Shown here: positions 1-11,600 of the stretch, piece after piece | Position numbering within the stretch: the stretch's first letter is position 1 | Layout of the letters: each line of letters begins with the position of its first letter | Assembly: GCA_010909165.1 (NCBI GenBank) | Contig: MU008208.1 | Span: 269,851-333,850 of the forward strand | Reading direction: 5' to 3' | Length of the DNA stretch: 64,000 bases | DNA from: Anthoceros angustus | Taxonomy: Eukaryota; Plantae; Anthocerotophyta | Translations under genes and position numbers: made by a program | Notes under the pieces: generated by a model | The model's input: only the letters and a program-made list of their open reading frames with translations | Told to the model about the DNA's origin: nothing | Databases searched by the model: none

Positions 1-2
1 AA

Positions 3-806
3 AACTACTCGGATGAGTTGAGAATGATTGTCATGCATGGTGTGGAGGAGGCTCACACCGTGAGGGAGTGCAAAGTGGAGCAAGAAAGGGGCTTGGTCTC
101 ATTTGTATGGGACAAGACCAACATGAACAATGATGGGTGGGTTGAAACCGTGGAATATGTCACGGTGGGTGGGGCATGAAAGATGGGTTCTGGGATAGAG
201 TTCCAATGATGCCTAATGCCATGCACGGCACTTTCAACAATGGGAGGTCCGTGATCGCACACGATACTTGCCAGAAGAAACAGGTGTACATGTCCCAAGA
301 CAAGCTGGTGGTTTGCCCATACCAGAGGCCTCTGGGGCTTATGATGAAACTTATCAGAACCTTCTCGCGAGAGGGGGATTGGATTTTGGATGTATGCTCC
401 GGGAGTGGGACAACGTTATTGGCTTCCCTACTATGCGGACGGAATTGTATTGCTGTTGAAGCTGACTTGAGGTGTGCAGGATACATTCCACAGGATTGCT
501 GGGCATGAGGTTCTGCCTGATGCTGAAGAAGAGCTGACGTTTGACGCCCACCGCAGAGGACTTGCGCAGTTCTGGGCAAAGGAGGTGTGTATCAGCGAGA
601 AGGACTCCCTGCAAGCGCAGGTTGTTTCCTTAAACGCAAGGCGGCTGAAGACCAAAACTGGTGATCTTTTGGCAGAGGGACAGCAAACTTTGGATAGTGT
701 TTGGCAGCCTTCCACGACCCCTGACGACGACGCCACAGGAGTACAGGAAGACACAAGGGCGATGGGGGAGAACGATAGCTTCGATGAAGAGGAAGTGGAG
801 CGCTAA
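3..806 (+). CDS. Beta-class amino-DNA methyltransferase (N4-cytosine/N6-adenine, N6_N4_Mtase-like), 5'-truncated by the window edge, two apparent frameshifts, acidic C-terminal tail
   Basis: Frame 3 (3-176) reads ...FVWDKTNMNNDGWVETVEYVTVG, matching the WxKxN...E(Y/F)I segment of beta MTases. After a shift in the G-run at ~166-176, ORF 176-508 reads CPYQRPLGLMMKLIRTFSREGDWILDVCSGSGTTLLASLLCGRNCIAVEAD, matching the motif X/motif I consensus HxTQKPxxLxxxLIxxxSxxGDxVLDPFxGSGTTxxAAxxxGRxxIGxE. A second shift at ~474-480 continues into ORF 474-806. The catalytic (D/S)PPY motif should lie upstream of base 1. Confidence 0.8.
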
Positions 807-988
807 ATCGCTATTGTGATGGATTCGAGTTTTCTACCGGCGAGTCCCAAGTTAGCCCTAGGGAATAGGCTTAGTGTTCTCATGTCATGTGCATCTGCTG
901 CATCGTTTAGATCGCAATCATCTATGGACCCGTTGCATTGAGGCAATTGATGTCTTCTGTTTTGCTTGTTCCAAAGAAACAATGAAAA

Positions 989-1008
989 GGCGCCGGCCGG
1001 CCGGCGCC
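989..1008. repeat. Perfect 20-bp GC palindrome GGCGCCGGCCGGCCGGCGCC
   Basis: Read directly. Variants occur at 2708-2727 (GGTGCCGGCCGACCGGTGCC) and 2422-2440 (GGCGCCGGCTGGCGGCGCC). Confidence 0.9.
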
Positions 1009-1189
1009 CTCTCGCCGTTTTGATGTCTTTGTTGCGCGAATACGGTTTTCCTCAATACGAACGTGTTGGAACATGGTCGACCTTTCTTTAAAAAGAGCCA
1101 AAACGCATATTTCGGGACTGTGTGGAATGTGCTAAGAGGGTTTTCATTTCACGGAAGGGGGTTCGGATATTCACCCCCTTCACAAGATA

Positions 1190-1875
1190 TCGTGTTCAAG
1201 GCGCCCTCTAACTCTCCCTCTATAGCAGCTGCACCACTTGCACTGCTCCGAAAATTCACCAACTCCCGACCTACAACGACACAACACAACTTTAGGCAAT
1301 GCCTCAGCGGAAAGGAGTCCACCACAGGCGCCCACGGACCCCTTGACCCACGCCGCGATTTTGTCCCCACCTCTAAGACTAACTCCTCTAACAATTTGAG
1401 CACCTTTTTGTTACAGATTTGGGATTCGTCCCTTAGGCTCTGCTTTTGGCCTTCCACTATTACCTACACTCTAATCCTCTACTCATCATCCTCTTCAACG
1501 CTCAACTTAACTCCTCGTCCTCCGCCTACTCTAACTTCACTTCAAGCTCAGTGGCCCCACGCCTTTCTGGCTGCACAGGGTCCGCCTCTAACAAAAGTTC
1601 TTCCTTGGGCGGTTCTTTGAGTTTGACACAGACAGCGAGAACCTCCAGGGAGTCTTTCCCTGTAGTCTACCCTCAAGCTGAGAGTTCCTTGGGCATCGCC
1701 ACACACCCAAAGCAAAGCAATTTCACAACAACCATTCACAAGGGGAGCAACTCATCGAGGTGCCCGCAAGGAGCAAGCCTTCTATCAAGCACTCCGACCA
1801 CCGCAAACTTCCTCTCTACCAGAGACTGCGTTAGCTTGCAGCCGGCACAAAATTCCTTTACAAGGAGCAACACCA
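1190..1875 (-). mobile_element. Diverged partial LTR related to the main Gypsy family LTR
   Basis: Co-linear but substituted match to 29450-30200 (e.g. gggattcgtcccttaggctctgc, ctgtagtctaccctcaagc, cacacacccaaagcaaagcaatttcac); the TGTATG terminus is missing. Confidence 0.7.
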
Positions 1876-2284
1876 TAAATTTTGAAGGGGGGGAATATGC
1901 TCGATGGGGGTTTTTTGTGAATAACCGCTGAAGAGGGTTGGTGATGGGTCTAAAAGCTGTGGGTTCAGCTATTGTGTGGAAACTAAAGCGAAAAAAAGGG
2001 TCCGGCCCCTGCATCATACGAGTTTTCCGTTGGTACATATGACTGCCGAAGGGTGACCCACTTCCCTAAACCGTTTGTTTCAGCCAAAACAATACCCACA
2101 ATGCACACCTTGTTTGCCGGTCTAGCAATACTGTTACCAGACATTTGCGAATCCAACGCCACCATGGAAGGGTTATGAAATCTCGCGGACAGGTTCAATC
2201 CATCAAACAAAATTATGGGGAAGAAAATTTTGTTTACTCTGCAGGTTTAATGTGTGATCCTTCGCCTATTATCGGTACAGTGGC

Positions 2285-2545
2285 GGGCGGGGGCGCGGCT
2301 GGCGCCTCACCCCTCACCATGTAGAGCATATGCAACATGTTTGCTATCCACTTGGCCACCAGTTCCTGGAGAATGAAGTGGAACAGGTCACTGTGGTACG
2401 GCATGGCATGTTGCATGAGGGGGCGCCGGCTGGCGGCGCCATGTATCGAAGGGCACATTCCACATGTTTGCTATCCGCATTGTCACCACTTCCTTAGGAA
2501 TGAAATAGAACAGGTCCCTGCAGTGGGGGGTCATGTTGCATGCCG
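2285..2545. repeat. Imperfect tandem duplication, period 126 bp
   Basis: acatgtttgctatcc...aatgaa.t.gaacaggtc...catgttgcatg starts at 2336 and again at 2462. Confidence 0.75.
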
Positions 2546-2848
2546 TGGTGTTGGAGACAAATACCCTAAACCGCTTAACTCACGCAACATATTCACAGGA
2601 CATAGTCCATCAATATTCAGCCTAAAACAAGTGGTATGTGCAACCGTCATTGCAGCTTCTTCAATTTCAGCTAAAGTTATGCACGAACAGTGACAAGAGG
2701 AATAGGGGGTGCCGGCCGACCGGTGCCCCAGAGACATCTAACGCAGTTTGGTTGTAAAGGATGGGCATAATCGACACATGAAGTGGGGACCCACATCCAT
2801 ACGACCCCTAATGGCAATGGTTGAGGCTGGTCGTCCTACACTCAACAG

Positions 2849-3185
2849 CTAGCCGTCCCCCGAGTTCACGCCTTCGTCATCGCTTGGCCCAGCGTCAACA
2901 ATATTGTCATCGCTATCCTCTGTGACACTTTGACTAGCTGGCTGTATGAATCCTCGCAATTCGCTCAATTTGTCCTTGATCGCCTTTTTGTCCACCGCAT
3001 ACAAATGTTTCCGTGCATTCAAAATAAAACCGTAATAAAGGATGACAGTATCATTCACATAGACCGCCTGTATGTTTTTGGGATAAAGTACCTTATTACC
3101 TTTTTTTCCCCAGTGCCCGTCCATCTTGGTTACCTCTTCCTCGTAGTATATATTCCTCCACATACCTGCCTTCGATTTCTCGTCT
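2849..3185 (-). CDS. C-terminal part of an unknown protein with an acidic tail, convergent with the methyltransferase; its 5' part is replaced by a Gypsy fragment
   Basis: Protein-like segment MWRNIYYEEEVTKMDGHWGKKGNKVLYPKNIQAVYVNDTVILYYGFILNARKHLYAVDKKAIKDKL...EDSDD...SDDE. The rest of ORF 2849-3403 is antisense to the Gypsy fragment below. Confidence 0.45.
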
Positions 3186-3560
3186 GAAAACTGGAGAACG
3201 ACTTGAGACCACGGATGACCGATTTCCTGACGAGGAGTTGGTTGCCACCACTCGGGTCGACGGAGGAGGACGTGAACATGTGGGAGACGGCCTAAGGATT
3301 GAGCAGGCAAGCTCATCGCCGAAAAAGGGGATAGATGAGCAAGAAGGGAGTGTTGAGCAGGAATAGTTGCAGCACGACGCTCTGGAAATCCAGGGGAAGA
3401 CAAGAAGACGCCAGCATGAGCGCAAGGAGGCTAGGGTGCTCTTTAAGGGTGAGCAGCCAGGAGGGCTGCAAGCGGAGGCCATGATAGTGGCAAGGAGTGA
3501 TGGAGGGATTGCGAGGAAATCGCAATCTGGAAGGAGGAAAGTGGCACCCAAAGATGGTGT
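3180..3560 (+). mobile_element. Gypsy pol fragment (RNase H-integrase linker), diverged paralogue
   Basis: Homologous to 51685-51960 (gacttgag.cc...gaccgatttcc.gacgaggagttg...gacggcctaag.attga.cag...atgagcaagaagggag...aagggtgagca...gagggctgcaag.ggaggcca). Confidence 0.65.
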
Positions 3561-3727
3561 GCTAAGAAAACGTGTGCACCAGAGCTTAAGAGCAAGGATG
3601 GATCGCCGATGACACGTGTGGAGAGAGGCTGTGGAGAAATCACACCTCAAGGTGTATTTGCAGTAGAATCACGAGGGGGGACATCGATCGATTTTGGGTC
3701 GATGGCAGAGGTTGCTGCTGAGAGCCT

Positions 3728-3900
3728 TGTTGGAAATAAAGCCAACATTAGGATAAAGAACTTAGGGTTTCATTAAGTGAACCGTTTTCAGAGTTTAGTA
3801 TTTAAACAGTATACACATACAATTTTGTATTCAATTTATTGTTTTGTATCAAGTTTTGTTGCACCAAACTACTCTCCGTAAATTCTCATGGTATCAGAGC
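3728..3900 (+). mobile_element. LTR 3' end (..TTCTCA at 3888) followed by a canonical tRNA-iMet primer-binding site TGGTATCAGAGC (3889-3900)
   Basis: Exact plant PBS 12-mer directly after CA. The candidate LTR start TGTTGGAA at 3728 is less certain. Confidence 0.75.
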
Positions 3901-5149
3901 TCCAAATGCTCTCTACTTGTCTCAAGGCATGATGCCTGGCCAGGGTAGACCTCGTGCAGATCGATGTCAACAAAGGAGACGACGTTGTGGTAGTACTAGT
4001 AGGCTACATAACACAAACCAAGTTCCTATAGACTACATTACGGATGCATGCGAGGCTAACTACGACATACGGCTAAGGCAGGTGGGTTGATAGAAATGAG
4101 GGCACGGCAAGTTCGAGGCGCGTGCCGAGTGCGGCGATTGAGAACCTACGAAGTAGATTCCCTCTCACAAGGCGGTGCATAGCTAGGAACCGGCTGATCC
4201 TCGTTCTCAACCATTCGTCAAGCGTCTTTGAGGAGGAATCCACAACTTGACCTTATTCCCCAACACACCTAGATTACATCCTATTCTTGTTGGGAATTAC
4301 AAACTTTTGATGAAGTCGCAATTATCCAAATCCTGCAGGACAATTAGGTGGTGAGGAGAAACATCTGCGGACGGCCTTGATTCTTTGCTGGAAAATCTAC
4401 TTCCTACAAGAAGCAAGTTGTAAGATTGGTGAAGACAAGCAAAAATCGATGGAGGTTCCCTTAGGGACTTCCTTGAGAAACTCCTCTTCAATCGGCACAT
4501 CACGAGAGGTGTCGCTCGCTTTGCAAGTCTGCATCGACACTCAAATTTCAGTGTGAAACATCTCACAGTTCTTTGGAATGATCGTGCGATGGATCTTGGC
4601 CAAGGATTTTCCACGAATTCTTGCCGGTGACGGAGATTCCATCCTGTGACCACCTTCGGCGAGGCCTGGAGACGCGGTGTGCATCGTCGTGATGGCTCTT
4701 GGCGTAGATTCAAAGCGTCACAATTGCATTCTTGACTCTTGGCACTGCTTGCATCTCTTTGCTTTTGTTTGGTCCATCAGGCGACGTATACATTCACAAG
4801 ACTAAAATTATGGTTAGAAACCCTAACTAAAGAACTCAAAGCGATACTTTTGAAAAGTTGTGTCTTTTCTCACACTCACACCTTTTCGCATCCGGAAGTC
4901 GGATCACGGGAGCTAACTGTTGGGGGAATCGATATCCATCCCCTCGGCTGTCCCCTCAACTAGCCCCTGGACACGCATCGTTAGTATCACATGAGTATCA
5001 TTTAGGATTAAATACGCCAGCATAACTAACCTAGTTATTTTTCCTTTCAAGCCATAGTTTTGAAAGGGACTTAGCCATTTTACGCATGTCCGATACCTAT
5101 AACGCACATAGTGCATCTGACATCAGCTTAGGTGCAGCCTTAGATCCCT

Positions 5150-5620
5150 TGTGGAACGTAAAAGTTTGGGCAGCCAGTCCAAACTGGCCAGAGGACGAAC
5201 AAGTTTGATTTTTTTTGGCTAAGACCGATTGAAGAGGAACATGCGAGGAAAACTTCTGAAGATCTTGGAACTAGAGAGAATATTGTTAGGAAGGCAAGAG
5301 GATATCCCAGAGGAAAACGGGTCGAGCGACCCCAGGGCGAGGCGAAGGGCGGTCCAAAGGTTGGTAGGTGGCGAGACTACCACCGTGGGTGCCACACTAC
5401 GCTTGATCTGAGAGGGGCGGACTACATGATGGCCGGAGACTACCGTGGTGACAAATCTCGGCTAAAAGGAAACTTAGAATAAAGGGGATATCCACTATAT
5501 ATGCTCATCAATAGGGATAAATATATAGAGTAATTAGCAGAGATTAATTAGGATAGCGGTAGTAGGAAAATAGGTAGTATAGATCAGTTAGGATTTTTTG
5601 GAATGATGCACAATCTAGGG
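5150..5620 (+). mobile_element. Gypsy segment 3' of integrase plus AT-rich spacer preceding the extra ORF
   Basis: Homologous to 53420-53850, which follows the integrase core directly (aaaagtttgggca...gattgaagagg...ggggatatccactatatatgctca.caataggg...ctagggttg). Confidence 0.8.
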
Positions 5621-8600
5621 TTGTGTGGCGGTGGCGATCATCAAGGAAGGCAAAGTGCGTTTGGGCGGCCAACTTCCTCTTCGAGTGGCGACTCACTTCC
5701 CAAGGCGGGGCTGCGCAAGAAGCCGAAGGAGAAGGCGCCATTGCCGTGGAATGGGCCGAGCGAGGAAGGCGTGGCGAAGGAAGACCCCTAGTGGGAAAGG
5801 AGAAGAGGAGGCGGCAAGCAGGCGCTCAGGCAGAAGCTCTTGAACAGGAAAAGGGACACATTGAAGGGCACATCCGAGGCGAAGTTGGAGTGGGCGTATG
5901 AGGTGAAGGAGGTGAGGTAGAAGGAGGAAAATCGCGACCACTGCCGTGACAGGGCTTAGGGAGAAGAAATCAAGAGGAAAATCGGCGTGACAGGGAGGCT
6001 CAAGGCAGGCTAACGTGTGCTTGTGCCTCGGGTCAAAGTCATTTACTGAGAAAAGGAGTGTTTGGAGGTGAAGCTTGGAGCACCCGCTGAAAATTGGGAA
6101 GTAATCCTCTTTGCTAGGGCGTGGGAGTAAGGAGGTGCCATGCCTCGGGCTTGGAAAGGCAAGGGAAAGGAGCTGGCAAGGGCTCCTCCTCGCGAGGAGA
6201 AAAGGAAAAGCGGTGGCGCGCAGAGGAGGTGAACTTGTGATGCCCCAATTCACTTGCTTTTGTGGGCAGCAACCCTCGAGATTTGGTTGATTTTGTGGGC
6301 GGAGGAGGAGAACATCCAATTAGGATGGGTGTATGGCCGCCAATGGGCCTACACCAATTTGGAATTGATTGAGGAGTGTTACATCAACCTCCATCAATCG
6401 GGCATCGCCGCTCTCTGGGAAAGGAATGCTAGAACGGATCCCGTTGGACCGTAAGAAGTATTCGACAGTGTATGGAGGAGGAGAGAGCCTTGGAATTGCT
6501 CTCCTCGAAAGGTCCAATGGAGGGAAGAGGACAGCCCTCTCGATATCCCAGAGTTCCTTGACATGATGGATGGGGGGAAGGCCGAATGGCTGGGTGAGGA
6601 GCATCAAGGAGGTCAAGTGGAGGCTCTTCGCAAAGATTGTCTGGGGTTGGTAAATTACCAACGCACTTCTTATTTCAGCACCAACTTCCTCCAATTTTGT
6701 GGAAGATTTCCATGGGAGCCTGGATTGAGGAGTGTTACATCAACCTCCATCAATCGGAAGCGCCGCCGCCACGGAAGGAATGCTAGAACGGATCCTCGCT
6801 GGACCGAGAAGTATTCGACAGTGTATGGAGGCCGGAGGAAGAGCTCGAATTGCTCTCCTCGAAAGGTCCAATGGAGGGAAGAGGACAGCCTCTCCGATAT
6901 CCCGCAGAGTTCCTCGACATGATGGATGGAGGAGTGAAGGCCCACGCCAAGAATGGCGGAAGACCGAGAGCATCAAGGAGTCAAGTGGAGGCTCTTCGCA
7001 AAGATTGTGCTGGGGTTGGTAAATTACCAACGCACTTTATTTCAAAGACCACCAACTTCCTCCAATTTTGTGGAAGATTTCCATGGGAGCCAAGCCGATT
7101 GGGGACTATCATGTATGAAGCGTACATACACCATCGAGAAGCTCCTCAAGCCAAATTCGTGGATGAGGAAGGGCCCAAGGCCATGCTACCTCGGCCTACT
7201 TGGTGCATTTATGGGAAAGCAGAGGGACTCCTCACAAGCAAGGAGCTTGAAGATGCGTGGCATCCCTTTGAGGTCATCCACCTCCAGCCGAGTTTGGAAA
7301 GGCCTTTGCCTTTTGCATTGCGGAAGACAGTGGGAGGTCAGACCTCCACAAACATGCTAGAAGCAAGAGGAGAAGGTGCGGAGGCAACAAAGTTGCCAGA
7401 GTGGGAATCCTTTCCCCCACAGGAGCAAGCAAGGGAAAAGGCCGCTGGAGCTCCTCGCGAGGAGAAAAGGAAAGAAAGCGGCGTGCCGAGGGAGGTGAAC
7501 TTGTGATGCCCCAATTCACTTGCTTCTTTGGGCGACAACCCTCGAGATTTGGTTGATTTTCGGCGTGAGGAGGAGAACATCCAATTAGGATGGGTGTATG
7601 GATGGGCCTACACCAATTTGGAATTGATTGAGGAGTGTTACATCAACCTCCATCAATCGAGCGACCCTCGCCGCGCTCAGGAAAGGAATGCTAGAACGGA
7701 TCCCCATTTGGGTTGGAGTATTCGGCAGTGTATGGAGGCCGGAGGAAGAGCAGGAATTGCTCTCCTCGAAAGGTCAATGGAGGAAGAGGACAGCCCTCTC
7801 GATATCCCGCAGAGTTCCTTGACATGATGGATGGGGAGTGAAGGCCCACGCCAAGAATGGGTGGAAGGCAAAGCATCAAGGAGGTGAAGTGGAGGCTCTT
7901 CGCAAAGATTGTGCTGGGGTTGGTAAATTACCAACGCACTTCTTATTTCAGCACCAACTTCCTCCAATTTTTGTGGAAGATTTCCATGGGAGCCAAGCCG
8001 GATTGGGGAACCATCATGTATGAAGCGTACATACACCATCGAGAGAAGCTCCTCAAGCCGAATTCAGTGGATGAGGAAGGGCCCAGGCCATGCTACCTCA
8101 GCACCTACTTGGTGCATTTATGGGAAACAGAGGGACTCCTCACAAGCAAGGAGCTTGAAGATGCGTGGCATCCCTTTGAGGTCATCCACCTCCAGCCGAG
8201 TTTGGAAAGGCCTTTGCCTTTTGCATTGCGGAAGACAGTGGGAGGTCAGACCTCCACAAACATGCTAGAAGCAAGAGGAGAAGGTGCGGAGGCAACAAAG
8301 TTGCGGAGTGGGAATCCTTTCCCCAGGGCAAGCAAGGGGAAGAGCGGGGCCGAGGAGGCCGAATGGTAGTCTATGAGAGAAGGACTACGGGAGGGTGGCG
8401 GCCCAAGGGTGGGGAGTCCCACCATCTCATTTGTGCCTACAGAGGCACCCGTCGACTACCGGTGAGGCGGTCTACCCAAGGGTGGGCAGCCTACCGTGGT
8501 AGGCGATCGACCATGGTAGGTAGGCGGACTACCACGATGGGGAAGCCTACCACGGTGGCGGGCACCTCCGCCAGCAAACAGCCTACCACGGTGGCGGGGA

Positions 8601-11600
8601 AGGGAAGGAGAAGACGAGGCCGCGAGCGGCGCCAAGCCACCATCTCCATTTGGGTGGGAGGCGGATGGAGCGGCAGTGAAGGGGCCGCGCCGCCGATGGC
8701 CGAGTGCGGAGGCTGGAAATTTCCAGAAGCGGAGGGTGGAATTAGGACCCCTAGGAGAATTCTTTGGGTGCTTGTGAAGCACTCAAGCGTGGATTTGAAG
8801 GGGCTAGGGACCTAGCAGCCTCCTTGTGGGCGCACCAAGAGGAGGTCAAGGCCCAAGACATGGGAAGGCGACCAAGTGGCAATTGGAGGCCATGGAGTCC
8901 GATGAAAAGGCAGCCAAGCTGGAAAAGGAATGCTAGAAGCTCAGTCGACCTCCACACATGCTAGAAGCAAGAGGAGAAGGTGCGGAGGCAACAAAGTTGC
9001 GGAGTGGGAATCCTTTCCCCAGGGGCAAGCAAGGGAGAAGGCAGAACGGCCGAGGAAGGCCGAATGGTAGTCTATGAGAGAAGGACTACGGAGGGGTGAG
9101 AGGGTGGGGAGTCCCACCATCTCATTTGTGCCTACAGAGGCACCCGCACTACCCGGTGAGGCGGTCTACCCAAGGGTGGGCGGCCTACCGTGGTAGGCGA
9201 TCACCATGGTAGGTAGGCGGACTACCACTGGGGCGCCTACCACGGTGGCGGGCACCCCTCGCCAGCAAGCCTACGGTGGCGGGGAAGGGAAGGAGAAGCG
9301 GCCAGGTGCCGCCGAGCCACCATCTCCGCGGGTGGGAGGCGGATGGAGCGGCAGTGAAGGGGCCCGCGCCCGCAGCGAGAGCTGGAAATTTCCAGAAGAA
9401 GGAGGGTGGAATTAGGACCCCTAGGAGAATTCTTTGGGTGCTTGTGAAGCACTCAAGCGTGGATTTGAAGGGGCTAGGGACCTAGCAGCCTCCTTGTGGG
9501 CATGCAAGAGGAGGAAAATCCCAAGACATGGCGGAAGCAGGACCAAGTGGCAATTGGAGGCCATGGAGTCCGAGGCAGCCAAGCTGGAAAAGGTCAGAGA
9601 AGCTCCAACGACCTCATAGAACGGCGGAGAAAGCCTGGAAGGGAAGTTGTCGCGAAGAAAGAGCCATTCGGGCAACAACCCAAAAGGACTCTTGGAGGCA
9701 AAAGGCGGAAGAGCATTTTGCCCAATTAGAGCAAGAAAGGAAGAGCAGGTAGGCACTAGGAAGGAGAAGCAGCTCGGCAAGTGGCCGCATGAGCGGTGAT
9801 GGCTACTCAAGCTATCAAAATCAAGGATATGGGAGAGGAATTGAGAAGGACCGGTATAATTTGGAGGAGGCCGAGCAGGCAAGACCACCAGCGAGCTGGG
9901 CGAAAGAATGCTTGGCAAGCGGAGAAGGAGCTTGTCGGCAATGAGACACAGGCGAAGGAGGTCTCGAGGAGGAGTGAAGGCCCACGCCAAGAATGGGTGG
10001 AAGACCGAGAGCATCAAGGAGGTCAAGTGGAGGCTCTTGATTGTGCTGGGGTTGGTAAATTACCAACGCACTTCTTATTTCCAACTTCCTCCAATTTTGT
10101 GGAAGATTTCCATGGGAGCCAAGCCGGATTGGGGAACTATCATGTATGAAGCGTACATACACCATCGAGAGAAGCTCCTCAAGCCAAATTCGGTGGATGA
10201 GGAAGGGCCCAAGGCCATGCTAGCACCTACTTGGTGCATTTATGGGAAACGAGGGACTCCTCACAAGCAAGGAGCTTGAAGATGCGTGGCATCCCTTTGA
10301 GGTCATCCACCTCCAGCCGAGTTTGGAAAGGCCTTTGCCTTTTGCATTGCGGAAGACAGTGGGAGGTCAGACCTCCACAAACATGCTAGAAGCAAGAGGA
10401 GAAGGTGCGGAGGCAACAAAGTTGCCGGAGTGGGAATCCTTTCCCCCACAGGAGCAAGCAAGGGGAGAAGAGCAGGAATCGGCCGAGGAAGGCCGAATGG
10501 TAGTCTATGAGAGAAGGACTACAGGAGGGGTGACAGCCCCAAGGGTGGGGGGAGTCCCCACCATCTCATTTGTGCCTACAGAGGCACCACCCCGGTGAGG
10601 CGGTCTACCCAAGGGTGGGCAGCCTACCGTGGTAGGCGATCACCATGGTAGGTAGGCGGACTACCGTGGTAGGCGATCGACCTACCACGGTGGCGGGCAC
10701 CTCGCGCCAGCAAGCAGCCTCCTTGTGGGCATGCAAGAGGAGGTGAAGGAGAGAAGCGCGAGTGCGCGGCGCACCCATCTCCGCGCTGGGTGGGAGGCGG
10801 ATGGAGCGGCAGTGAAGGGGAGCCCGGCGATGGCCCGAGGTGAGAGCTGGAAATTTCCAGCAGGAAGACAGGAGGGGTGGAATTAGGACCCCTAGGAGAA
10901 TTGCTGGGTGCTTGTGAAGCACTCAACCGCGTGGATTTGAAGGGAGCTCGGGACCTAGCAGCCTCCTTATGGGCGCACCAAGAGGAGGTCAAGGCCCAAG
11001 ACATGGCTGGAAGAAAAGCAGGGACCAAGTGGCAATTGGAGGCCATGGAGTCCGATGAAAAGGCAGCCAAGCTGGAAAGGCTAGAAGCTCAGTCGACCTC
11101 ATAGAGCAATGACGCCACGGAAAAAGCCTGGAAGGGAAGTTGTCACAAACCGAAGAAAGAGCCATTCGGGCAACAACCCAAAAGGACTCTTGGAGGCAAA
11201 AGGCGGAAGAGCATTTTGCCCAACTGGAGCAAGAAAGGAAGAGCAGGTAGGCACTAGGAAGGAGAAGCAGCTCGGCAAGTGGCCGCATGAGCGGTGATGG
11301 CTACTCAAGCTATCAAAATCAAGGATATGGGAGAGGAATTGAGAAGGACCCGGTTAATTTGGAGGAGGCCGAGCAGGCAAGACCACCAGCGAGCTGGGCG
11401 AAAGAATGCTTGGCAAGCGGAGAAGGAGCTTGTCGGCAATGAGACACAGGCGAAGGAGGTCTCGAGGAGGAGGCCACAAGAAGGTGGTGCCTGAATCTTG
11501 GTAGTGAGAAGCGGCGATTTTGATTATGCCCTTGAGCAAAATTGGCCAGCTAAAGGAAGTGAGGAGGAGAATGTGACCCTCCATGTCAAGGTGGGGAATT

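Noticed and set aside
989-1030. Helitron 3' terminus (GC hairpin)
   Set aside because: No CTRR terminus 10-15 bp downstream on either strand, and no Rep/helicase sequence in the window.
1153-1905. Terminal inverted repeats (gaagggggt..atattcacccccttc / gaaggggggaatat) defining a DNA transposon around the LTR-like piece
   Set aside because: The match is short, imperfect and G-run dominated; no target-site duplication or transposase.
4254-4740. LTR-LTR junction (ttccccaaca...tgttgggaa) and a possible gag fragment on the minus strand
   Set aside because: Only a ~10-bp inverted match and a weak, stop-interrupted gag-like wording; not supportable without a search.
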